Positions 13,087 to 24,666 of a DNA stretch of 64,000 nucleotides are shown here, one piece after another (position 1 is the stretch's first letter; every line of letters begins with the position of its first letter). Under the pieces are notes generated by a model. That model was not told where the DNA came from. It saw only the letters and a list, made by a program, of their open reading frames with translations, and did no database searches. The stretch spans positions 119,864-183,863 of the forward strand of contig JAKMXF010000328.1 in the NCBI GenBank assembly GCA_024704765.1. Direction: 5' to 3'. A program made the translations under genes and the position numbers. The DNA comes from Oopsacas minuta (lineage: Eukaryota; Animalia; Porifera).

Positions 13087-15371
13087 CGAGTGTTATCTTA
13101 GCAGCCGATTCAGCAGCCGATTCAAATCCCCACTAAAGTACCTTTTTCTCAAAAAGTATGGGTTCTATTTTGAAAAGAACCATACCAGTGTCAAGAAGAA
13201 AGTTGGTACATTTCATATCATCACTCATAATCGCCAAATTTGCATGATGAGTAAGCAATTTTGCATTACATTTTGGTCGAGGTTTTTTGTTAATATCTCC
13301 TGAAATAATTGTGCTGATAACTTCTCATTTTAATCATATTTACATCTCACTTGGTACATTGTGTATATCCAATTTGAAATCAAAATAATTATTTTTGTAA
13401 AAGTTATGAACGCCCGAACTTTACATAGGAATTACATAGACGACCAATTTGTACTATCAATAATGAAGTATGTATGACATTGCAGTGTACGTAAATTTTG
13501 ATAAGTATTTAGTATCATTTTCAATTCTATAGTTCTAATTCTATTGTGGTTTCTAGATAATAATCAAAATATAGTTGAAATATAGTAAATAACACAACAC
13601 CATTGTAATGACAGTTATCATACATTATACAAAACATTACTTTTTGAATAGAAAAGAGTAAACAAATCGGAAGGTATTACAAGATACTAATTACCCAGAT
13701 ATTATAGTTTGTCTCTCTACCTTTTCTGTATTGAACTGATTGATGAACTAATGAGAAATACTGATTGAATTTCCCTTGTCTATTAGAACAGGCTAAACCT
13801 AAAACAGGTGGTACTATTTATGCAAAATCTTTACAGCTATACGTATAAGGAAGAGTAACAAATGTCTTGACCAGATAAGATTTGAAGTGATGATCAACAC
13901 TTCGATGTAATTATTAATGCTAGAATGGTAAGAGAATCGAGATTTAACTCCAGGACATGGCTCAAATGAATGCTCCAAAATAGATAGTAGCTTCTTTCTG
14001 ATTCAAATTTGTACAAATTGTAAAGTAAATGTTTGTAAGAGAGATTTGTAGATTTAATTCCTAGATTGATTAAGATAATTGTAATGATAAGAATATAGAT
14101 TTCATGTTCATTGTTTACTTTACTATGAATATATCTTCCAGAACTTTACATATTGGTGTTGTGTTAGTTTCCAACTCCTGTGTAATATAATCCAGCTTTT
14201 AAACGTATCTTGGTTAGAGACAGGTCATAGAATTGTTCCATATAATCCAACTGTCGATACATATACGTATATGCTTACATTTGTGATTTTTGTCGCAATC
14301 AATTTACATATTTAGATGAGATCTCACAAAATATTCAAGATTCATTTATACAAAATATTTATTGTTTCACTAATAATCTTGTTGGTAAATATATAATTTT
14401 CGCTGCCATAAATTGAAACCAATGATTAGGTTGCTTTTAATAATAAATTCGGACACATTTGCATATAACTACAGTCAACTCCCCTTATATCGGAAACAAG
14501 GAACCGCAATAATCATTTCTATATACGCGGATTTCAATATAACCGATAACATTTATGTTTCTTTAACGATTTGTGACTATATTTGTATAATCTCAGACTT
14601 CGATATAGCGAGGATTTCTAATTATCCACGTTCGATATACCGGGAGTTGACTGTGTAACATTACAAAATTAATTAAGAAAGATGCTCACATAATTGAATT
14701 GAAATGAAATTTAGTAGGACTGTCGTATGAAGAAAATTTGTGGAAGAAATGAAGTTGAAATAAAATGAAGTTGAAGAATATCAAAAGTATTAAGGTTGTG
14801 AGAAACGAAATAAATCAATTACAGTATTACAAATGCTTGTTGATTGATATTACATTCTTAATTTAATACTAAGTTCAAAAATCTAAACTGACATAACTGG
14901 CCCTAATAATTGAGAAGGAATACATTTGACCTCAAGAATTTAGTCATCATAAGTAAATTTACACAAAGAATATTCAAGTAATCAATACATAGCTACAAAT
15001 CATACAAATCATCAAGCAAAAACTGGTCGTCTATGTAATTCCTATGTAAAGTTCAGGCGTTTATAACTTTTTCAAAAATAATTGTTTTGATTTCAAATTG
15101 GATATACACAATGTACCAAGTGAGATGTAAATATGATTAAAATGAGAAGTTATTATCACAATTATTTCAGGAGACATTAATAAAAAACCTCAACCAAAAT
15201 GTAATGCAAAATTGCTTACTCATCATGCAAATTTGGCGATTAAGAGTGATGATATGAAATGTACCAACTTTCTTCTTGATACTGGTATGGTTCTTTTCAA
15301 AATAGAACCCATACTTTTTGAGAAAAAGGTACTTTAGTGGGTATTTGAATCGGCTGCTAAGATAACACTCG
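13087..15371. mobile_element. Non-autonomous element with ~350-bp TIRs (CGAGTGTTATCTTAGCAGCCGATTC), TA-flanked (Tc1/mariner-like)
   Basis: 13087-~13440 is the reverse complement of ~15020-15371, and TA follows the right end. A second, inverted copy is split across 38046-38950 and 45690-47090. Confidence 0.8.
14472..14652. mobile_element. MITE (CAGTCAACTCCC TIR) nested in the long-TIR element; also present in the second copy at ~38750-38930
   Basis: tacagtcaactcccc...gggagttgactgtg termini. Confidence 0.75.
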
Positions 15372-15559
15372 TACCTTTTGATGAAATTTACGACTCATTT
15401 GACGATGCATCAAATTTGAATCCCTAAATCATTTATATTTCAAAAGTGTAAAATTGACAAAAAATGTACTCAAAGGATACGCGCCCGGGCGCTTATTCAG
15501 TGATTTATGATATATTGAGCATTCTATTTAGTCTCTTTTAAATTATATCTATTTTCTAG

Positions 15560-15892
15560 GTTACATTATGGATTAATAAGGAAAAATCTGTGACCATGAC
15601 ACTTGATGCCTCCAATTCAGTCCTGTATCCTTTTTATGACCAAGATACTAACGTTCTTACTGTTCTTGGAAAAGGAGATACCACCATTCGATTTTATGAA
15701 GTTTTTCCTGAGGATCCTCATCTGAATTTTCTCACTTTATTCCAATCTAAAACTCCTTTTAAAGGGTTCGGGTTTATTCCCAAATCTGAAGTTAATGTCT
15801 TGATTTGTGAAATTGGCCGGGTGTATCTGCTTTTCGAGAAAACAATACAGCCGAGTTCCATTATCGTTCCAAGAAAGGCCTCCGGTTTCCAG
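15560..15892 (+). CDS. coro: Coronin, internal exon
   Basis: Acceptor ttttctag|GTT and donor CAG|gtaatc, phase 0. VTLW...LDASNSVLYPFYDQDTNVLTVLGKGDTTIRFYE...FGFIPK...IIVPRKASGFQ contains the coronin PFYD / GKGD-IRxYE / VPRK motifs and continues in frame from the 5431 donor. Confidence 0.92.
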
Positions 15893-17070
15893 GTAATCCC
15901 TTGACAATTACCTTATTTATTTTTGTGATCTATTTCTATTCCAATACTATTGTAGACCTGTTGCGTAGGATTTTGACCCGTAATACAAAATCCTAATAGC
16001 ATATCCATGGTGCAGGTCAAAATCCTACGATGTAATATATGCGTAGGATTTTGACCCGCATCAAAATGTATTACACTAATTACAGCCGTAGGATTTTGAC
16101 CTGCATATAATGTATTATTGTCGTAGGATTTTGACCCTAAAGTAATCTTACTTCTCTGTCATTTGACTTTTTCGATTTCCATACACTTTCATTACGTAAT
16201 TACCACTAAATGTACATAATGTAATTCAACTTTAGACTTGCCATACGTATACGTGACTGAATAAACAAGTCAATTTAGAGTTGGATTCTAGAAAGTAGTG
16301 AATTTGTTTGATAACATGTAAACTATGTTCCCACTACATATAACAAATTTACAATATGTATAATTATCCAAAATGCCAAATATAGACAGGTGTATATAAA
16401 TATTTTATGATAATATTACTTGGACAGAAGGTGGTAGGTATTTGATAATTGTATTTAATAACTCATAATAAATAATATAATTTAACATGTCAATCTATAT
16501 ATTGCAATATATTCTATCAAATAATAAAAATATTACAAGCATTAGCATGATAATGAATATTCTGAATATCTTAAGTACGAATTGTAGGCGATTTCATCAT
16601 TGCCCATTTCTCTATACTTCCTGACATGCTTTAAGGAATAACCACTGAAATATGTTCATCTAGTGGACAAGCGTAGACTATGCATTTGTTAAGGGAGTCT
16701 TGGTATAATGTTGATACACATATAGAGTTGAGGTGAAAACCGCGAGCCTCTGGCACGCTGCATACTCCTGGAAAACACTAGATTTCTATAAACAAAACAA
16801 GTCAGCTCCGGTGGCCTCCTCCTTCCCCTTACAGCCACCCCCTAACACTAAACGTTTAACGTTAACCTCACCTTGTTTATGTGTGCAGTGTTGGAGCGAG
16901 TTTAATGTGATTGCGATCACACCAAATTTGACTCTAAGCTGCAACATAAACGAATATGTACAATAAATCGTAATTTAACAGACACACGAGGAGCTAACGG
17001 ACCCCGAACGGCCACAGACAAGGAGAAATTAAAAATAAAAAATAGATAAGAAACTCGCTTGTATCTGATT

Positions 17071-17138
17071 CCATGCTGTATTTCGTCTCGGCGTAGACTC
17101 GTCAGTTGCGCTGCCTTTCTCGCAATATACTTAGATGG
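17071..17138 (-). ncRNA. Type III hammerhead ribozyme
   Basis: Minus strand CCAUCU-AA-GUAU-A-UUGCG-(AGAAAGGCAG)-CGCAA-CUGACGA-GUCU-(ACGCCG)-AGAC-GAAA-UAC-AG-C-AUGG. It has a complete CUGANGA/GAAA core, perfect stems I, II and III, and an AUA cleavage triplet (cut between 17126 and 17125). Confidence 0.88.
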
Positions 17139-17310
17139 TAGAGTGATGATATTCGCCACTGGGGATGTGCTGTTGCAGGTCGCGTTTCCATTATCTGGGC
17201 TCACCATGATAGGGATTGCGTTGCCTGAATAACTTCGGGCAGAGGTCCCCACAAGGTTCGATGTACCTTGCCTTTGAGCGCTTTCGAATAATGGAAAGAG
17301 TCGTGAATCG

Positions 17311-20300
17311 CTAAGAATTAGTCAGAAGAGTGCAAGAGGTAGAAACAGTATTGAGTGATCCGATGAAAGTGTCACAGTCCCAAAGTTGGATAATTGGTTC
17401 TCTCATTCCGTCATATTTATAGAATTGCCCGTTTTGGTAAAGGATTGAATAGAAGTGTCTATTACTCAATATGCTTAAGCCAGCAAGTTGGTAGTGAAGT
17501 GTCCGTTGGTTGTGACTGATGGTAAAGTGTTTGTCAATATCACTTGCAAAAATGTCTGGCAATTCGGGTAGATGTCCGATTTCAATTGTTAGCATGACAG
17601 GTATTGACTTGAATTGACCAGATATCCTCTCTAAGACAGCAGTAGTTGATCCACAAGACTTGCATTTAATAGGAACGAGACTTCGATTAACAGATGATTC
17701 CAGGTTTGTAATAACGCCTCCTATATTACTAATCATGGATTGTGTCTCAAGATACTGGTGCATTGGTGGCATTGGAAGATAGTGAAATATTTGTAGTTGC
17801 ACAAATCTTCTGTTCGTAAATATTTGATGATGTCACCCTCTGATCCAAAGAAATCGTAAGATCGTATCAATCCTGAGGAATCATAAATAACTTCAAGCCC
17901 AATTTTAGTAGCAACATATTCTCGAAGTTTCTCAAATTCACAATTAGCAGCCAATTGGAATATGTAGTGGAATTTAGCTTCAACATGTGTACTTCCGATT
18001 AACTTCAGTGAGTCTATGATGGTTGCTTTATTCGAACTAAGAATAGCCAATATATTGTCGATAGAACAGGTGTTAGATTGCACGATGTTGTTATACTCTC
18101 CTCCCCATTTAGGATATGGGATAAGATCTGATGCATTTTGTATAGATTGTTCTGGTATTTCAATGATCTCATGAACTTGCTCAGTCGGGAATATTAACTC
18201 AATTATTACTGGTAATAGAACAGCAATTGGATAGCCAAGATCTTTTCGTGTCTCTTCAAGTATTTCAGTAGGATAGGAGGAACGATATTCTGCGTACCAA
18301 TTATCGGCTGATACAGCAAGTTTCTCCTTAATCTCAAAATTTAGTTCGTTGGGTGGATGGTAAGAATATAGTAAATTCAATGAAGTTAGAGATGCAGCTT
18401 TTGTAGCGAGTTTCTCATGTAGTTGGGTTAAGTATGTGTTATTGACAAGAGCTGATAGTATTCGAGGTTTCAATTGAAGTAGCTCAGAGTCGATATTTTC
18501 ATAGATTGAGTGTTGTTGCGGTGTTTCAAATGTTTCTTCCATGGTATCCAGGTTCAATATATCATCCAAAGAATCTAAATACAAATAAATATGTGAAATG
18601 TAGGATTGCTATTACGTATTAATCGAATCAATACAGAACACAACTAGTTTATGTGTACTTAATCATGGGCTGAGTCAATTAGTTATAGTTCAGTACAATA
18701 TTGTCTCGCTAATGTATTTACCACTAGAAGGGAATTTGCAGGATCTTTTGGGCTTCTTTGATTTGCCTGTCTTCGTTCGAACCTGCCGTTTTTCGTTCAT
18801 CCGAGAATGATATTTTCTTGATAGATGGATAGGTAATTTTGTTGTTTTGCTATCTGGGTCTTTGCGAGCAACTAGGTGGCTTGGTTTAACTTCCTCTATC
18901 GTATATGGTCCCAAATATTTCTTTGCATCTTTTGTTCCTGGGAGTCGCTTGGCTTTCTTTATATTATGTACAAGTACCTCATCTCCTTCCACAAATTCTG
19001 ATCTAAAGTTTACACAATGATTATACAAAGAAAATAATGTGCCAATTACGTACAGTTTGTAACGATGCTAATTATATAACTAAAAGTAAGTGTTTTTGAA
19101 TTTAAGAATTCATATAATTGAGGAAACAATAAATTAGTTCCGATTCAAGATTATTTCATATTTATCGGATTATACAACAGTCAGTGAATTTAATTTAATT
19201 TTAGTAAGAGATGATGTATGAAATTCCAACATGTTACATCACACAAGAATGTGTTTCGTTATTTCTTACCTGTTGTGTTTAACTTTGCTGTCATATGTTT
19301 TCTTTTGAACTTTCTGACCTGCCTTGATGTTTTCAATAGCATTCATTTTGTCAGCTTTACGTGTGGAAGAAAGATTTTCTATCCATTCGTTATCAATTAT
19401 AGGAAAGTCAAATGGGCGTGGTTCGTTTGCATCCATTTGAATATTCTCATCTTCTGATACTTCTGCCTCTGAGATATCAGCTTCGGTTACTAATCCGGGG
19501 TTAGTTGGAGAAGTGATAAGATTGAGAAGGTTAGATGAATCAAAGTCTCTCCCAAACATGAGATAAAAGGGTGTGTAGCCTGTAGAGATTTTGGTTTGAG
19601 TATTTGCTGCTAGTACTGCTGTCTGTAATTTCTCTGTCCATTTAGTGTCCCCTTCAGATTGCATCTTGTTGATTTTTCTATTTGTAAAAGTGTTAAATTA
19701 ATTCAAAGCTATCTAATTATAAACGACGTCTATTAAACGTATGTAAGGCTTTGAATAGAGATATATTTATACTTAGCATCAATACTCACGTTTTCAATAT
19801 TCTGTTGTGTGACTCAACAAGTCCGTTACTTTGTGGGTGGTATGCTGTGGTTCTTCTGGTGTTGACATTTATCTTCTTGTGAAATTCTTGAAATTCCTAT
19901 TTTGGAAGTAAATAAGAGAACGATAACAATCTACTACGCGCATGTATTTAGTCTTGTACAGCAATAGTTAGAAAGATATGACGATTAATAAGTTAAATTT
20001 TCCATCCGAAGGTAGTAGCATTAATTCGGAAATTCTTATTTATTAGTATTTAACATAATTAAAATCCAATTTTCCACACGGTTTCTTAAATATAGCCATC
20101 AGGACGCACAATTTCCTACCAGGGTATATATTGAAGCAATGCGCTGACAATTGACAATGCAACATGTTACGTACGTATATCCAATATAGTAAGTTGTATT
20201 GTGTATCGGGAATAATTTACTTGGTGTATTTACAATTACTAATCTCGAGTATGTAAAAATATGAGTTACCTTGCTTGAGAATTCTGTTCCCTGATCATGT

Positions 20301-21623
20301 TGGAGGATGTTAGGTACAACGAACGAGAGATAAATTTCCTGTAAACAATCCAATATTTCTTTAGAAGTTTTAGTCTTGAGTGGTCGGGCAATTACAAATT
20401 TACTCAGGTAGCACACGATGACAAGAATGTGCTGAAATCCAAGTACAGTGCGAGACATATTGCATATGAGATCAATTCCATAATGACACCATGGTTCTTC
20501 AGGAGGAGGAATAGGTTGAAGCTCTCGTTGTGGCTGAGGAGGTAGAGCAGCAGAGGTTTGACAGTCATGGCAAGTTCGGATCTAGAACGGGAAATGATTT
20601 AATTGTCAGTTTGTAGTCCAGTCTAATGTAATTTGCTACGTTCCAGATGTCCCGCTAAATTAGCATTCCGTCCCGCTTTTTCTTCACTCAGGTTGGCAAA
20701 TATGTTTATGTGAAATACTCCCACTACCTATCCTAATTACTAACTACCGCAAGGGTCATTAGTTGTTAGATACATGGTTGGTTGGTTGTACCGCACAAAT
20801 AGATTTCCATATGATAAAATTGTATACCGGTATACTAAATATCATCAGATCGCACAATATTAATTTTACAATAGCACAAATAAAGCTGTATACAGTAGAA
20901 TAATTACAAGGTGAATAACCTCAAACTATAAAATACATGCTGTTCTCAGACTTAACAACCCCTTTTGCAAATTTCCCTGGATTTTCAAAATTTGTAATCC
21001 AGGGATCCCTGGAGGGTTGGTAAGTCTGTGTTCTCAGCCACATTTTCTTGGAAAATCATGTATGAAAGAAATACGTAATTTAGTAACTCACATAGGATCC
21101 AACATCATTGTATATGCCATTCCAATCATATTTATTTCGGATTCCATCAATGGTAGTATTGATTCCGGGATGAGTGACATTGTGATAGAATCCGATAATG
21201 TTGTCAATTTCTGAGACTAGTGGGATCTCCAAATATTTCACACAGCCATTTTTCTTTCTGAAAATCTACAAGAAATTATTTTAGTTAAACTCAGAGGTTG
21301 TAGGTAGCATTGAGGGGCAGAGGAGTCCCCCTAGCGTTTTCACCCTTCTCATCTCCCTATGGTACGCAAATTTAGTGAGGCAACTACATATCTGCCTCCT
21401 CGCAGATATGTAGTTGCCTCAAGATTTCTAATTATGTCCCGGAAATAAGTATAAATCAAAAATATCATTCAGGATTATACCTTCATTAGCTTATTCTCTT
21501 GAAAGTAAATCCCCTTGCACTTTCTGAGAAACTCTTCTTGCTGTAGCGATCACTCTTGATTTCCGGTGGGATAATATTCGTCTGGAGTTATCCACGAATT
21601 GCTTCATACTTTGTCGCATCCAT
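17311..21623 (-). pseudogene. Ginger transposase-protease gene, 7 exons: 21623-21481, 21265-21092, 20581-20270, 19896-19790, 19677-19270, 19002-18722, 18574-17311 (~900 aa)
   Basis: All six introns are GT-AG with matching phases (0,0,0,2,2,1). H-x3-H...CHDC finger; GIDL / HDQG / NGLVE (DD35E); TGYTPFYLMFGR; LGPY. Lesions: a stop and a 1-nt frameshift in exon 1, and a 1-nt frameshift near 17745. Confidence 0.88.
21376..21421. repeat. Perfect 20-bp inverted repeat with 6-nt loop
   Basis: TGAGGCAACTACATATCTGC-CTCCTC-GCAGATATGTAGTTGCCTCA, inside Ginger intron 1. Confidence 0.95.
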
Positions 21624-23316
21624 AATGAAAAATGTCAAAAGTAAATATAAGTGTTGATGTTGAAATCTAGAAACAAAGTAAGATGTTAGTATGTGCATTT
21701 GGGGAGTCCCACATGTATAAATACGAATACTATGTGACTAGGGATGAAATGTTGATATTACTTGATTTGCAATTGCTACTTGCGGGTCAAAATCCTACGC
21801 AACAGACCTCTCTATAATATTACTAGGGGGACACTGTCCGTTATGAATGAGATGACAACAATTATTCTATTTTTATATGAAATATCTATTTTGTGTATTT
21901 TCTTTAGCTGTTTTGGGCTAATAGTAATTGCTACATCTAAATTTCGGTAAATTCAAACGTTATGTTAGCATTTTTTTTCATTAGCCGGTTATGCCCATGA
22001 ACAGTCTATCTTTTAGTTAACTAGTACCTATCTTTTATTCAAATAGTATAATATATGTTTGGTCTAAAATTTTAATTGTCCATCATTTTGTTAGATGTTT
22101 CTTTTCGAACATGTGTGGCAAAATTATACTCCAATGTGTTTGTAGCGGTTCAGGAAAGTCGCAGTTTGGTGGAGCAAGTAAAACATAATATTTGGAAATT
22201 CTCTTGGTAATGTGGGTATGCATCAGCTTTTCGTATTTGAAGAGCATCAGCTCCAATCAACAAACTAAATTTGATCTTTAACAACAGACCGTAGCCTTCT
22301 CTATATAATTCGTACCATCAACCTCGAATTTTTAGACTAGGGATATAGTGGTGTACTATGAATTATATTAGTATACAGAATAGTTTCATATCGCAGAAAC
22401 AGTACTTTTATACCTAAGTAAATGTATTACAGACATGTAGAATATCATTTCACCTAACTAACAAAGCAAAAAATTGTCAAAATGTATCAATTTCTTTGCT
22501 TAGTAAGCATTATTGGGAGAATATGGCCCGATCTTTGATGAGCTGTAGAACGTAAAGTATCGCATCAAGGATTTCTAAGTTAATGTAACTTGAATATTAC
22601 CATATAGGGATCTATAGATGAAAATGCAATAATCCATTTCGATGTAATATCAAAATATATTACAAGGCATGGGAAATCGAGTATATGCTATAAATCGGTT
22701 ATAGTGAGTTTTGTTATATCATTGAGAGTTTCCGACTTGTAAATACATATTGACAAATTATCACCATCCATGGTGACAACTGTAACTAAAAGGCTGCCAA
22801 CTTAATCATGACAGATTTTTAATATGTTTTTACAAAAGCATCTTAACATCATTTCGAACATATCTTGGAAATCAAAGATGCGATATTTGACGTTCCACAG
22901 CTCATCAAAGATTGGGTCATATTCTCCAAATAATCCTTACTAAGTAAAGAATTTGGTACATTTTGATAATTTTTTGCTTTGTTGGTTTGGTGACATGATA
23001 TTCTACATATATCTGTAATACATTTACTTAGGTATAAAAGTACTGTTTGCGCGATATGGAACCATTCTGTATACTATTATATCCCTGGTACATCTAATGG
23101 TGGGCCTTACATAGCAAAGGCTATGCAATAGAAATACTTTTGACCACAAAATTTTATTGCAGGAGTTTAGTTATATCCAGTGAAATTTATGAGTATCTCA
23201 ATTTCTGTATTCAATTATCTCAACTTAATTTGGATACATGATTATCGGGAAAATCGCTTAGTGGAGATTTGTCCAAATTAAGTTTAAGTATAAGCAAAGC
23301 TATATGGCCAAAACTA

Positions 23317-24666
23317 CAGGGTGTATAATGATTGATGCCCTCTAATACAAGAATATTTATTAATGAAATGGGTTAAGAATATATAATAATTCATTTGCCT
23401 ATATATCCCCCCTTTAGTTTGATACATTTTTTGATGCGTTTGGGCATTCCTCTATACATTTTGTCCAAAATTTCCGGTTGGATTTGGGACTAAGCTAATT
23501 TTACCTTCCTGATCAGAATTTCTGTATTTGTTGAAGGTGCCATTGTATCTACCTCAGTTTGGAGAATTGACCAGAGGTTCACTATTGGATTTAGATCCGG
23601 TGAGTTTCCTGGCCAAATACCTTTAGCCCAAAAGCCTTTCAGGTTGCTCTTACACCATTCTTGGGAAATTTTTGCTTGATGCGCAGGTGCACCATCCTGT
23701 TGAAAGATGGATTTGGACATCTCTGGCAGCATAGCTATGCTTAAAACATTACCAGTTTTTCGCTTTCTTCGCATTGCAGAAAGGAGGGAATTCTTCAAAA
23801 TTTCTTCTGCATAGTATCCTGCTGTTATGGTTTGTCTTTTGGGAACAATATGTAATTCTGAGAGTGCACAGTAAGACATCATGCCCCACACATATATTTT
23901 GCTCGGAAATTTGACCCTCTTGACTGGTGGAATTTGTGAAGTATCTTTAGCCCAGATACGATCGTTTTGCCGATTCGGAGGGTGCAAAATTTCAAATGGA
24001 AATTCGTCAGAAAATAGGACACGTTTCCAGTCTTCAAGATTCCAATTTCTCCGTTCTTTACAGAAATTCAGCCTGGCCGCAAGCTGTTTTTCGTTCAGCA
24101 GCGGGTGTCGTTGTCGCTTATAGGGTTTAACTTGAAGGGTCTTCCTTAAATAATTATAAACCGTGCCATGAGTGATAGGAAATCCACTAGCAGTTATTCT
24201 CTTGGCTAGCTTTCGAGTGGATTGGTTTCTTTTACTTATTGATTTAGCCAAAATTATATTCACAACTCTAGGGATGGATGATTTTGGTCCACGGCCTCCT
24301 ATATTCTGAAGGGATTCCCCTTTCTTGTACCGACTCCACCAACGTCTGATTGTGCTAATATCTGGCCCTATTAACTTAGCGCATTTTCTTTGCGTAAATC
24401 CTGCTTCTAACATCCCAATAGCTCGATTTCGAGAAGATAGAGGATGCTCTTTGACCATATTTAATAGACTAATTTTCAAGAAAAAAGCAAATTTTAATTT
24501 TCGTATAAATATAGGCACGAGTTAGATGAAATAGTATTAAAGATTATGTGTATTGATAACTAAAAGGTAAGAGACTAAGATACATTAAACTAGATTCATT
24601 TTACTAGTGTAAATATAAAGGTTATTCTTAAATATGAATATAGCGCATCAATCATTATACACCCTG
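23317..24666 (-). mobile_element. Tc1/mariner-superfamily DD37E-type element, inactivated transposase (23391-24458)
   Basis: TA TSDs and TIR CAGGGTGTATAATGATTGATGC. The ORF has FSDE, QDGAPAH-37-PDLNPIV (catalytic E to V) and an in-frame TAG (probably from TGG) at 23490. Reading through gives ...KLKGGYIGK*, like the 426-1770 element. Confidence 0.93.

Larger units (their letters stand above)
15959..21804 (-). mobile_element. Ginger1 DNA transposon (Gypsy-integrase-like transposase)
   Basis: Perfect 22-bp TIR TGTTGCGTAGGATTTTGACCCG, 4-bp TSD GACC (15955-15958, 21805-21808) and TGT...ACA ends. The spliced gene has an H2C2 finger, DD35E integrase and GPY motif, the established hallmarks of Ginger1. 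Confidence 0.93.

Noticed and set aside
15959-16135. CRISPR-like repeat array
   Set aside because: The repeats are Ginger subterminal motifs with mixed orientation and irregular spacing in eukaryotic DNA, and there are no cas genes.
16970-17030. HDV-like ribozyme suggested by TCCTCGT on the minus strand
   Set aside because: P3, P1 and P2 pairings could not be completed.
17143-17230. C/D snoRNA (GTGATGA ... CTGA)
   Set aside because: Box C is not conserved in the homologous copy at ~3950-4030.
17240-17275. GGTTCGATG hairpin as a tRNA T-arm or Pol III B-box
   Set aside because: No cloverleaf or A-box can be built. It is better explained as a hairpin of the hammerhead-associated unit.
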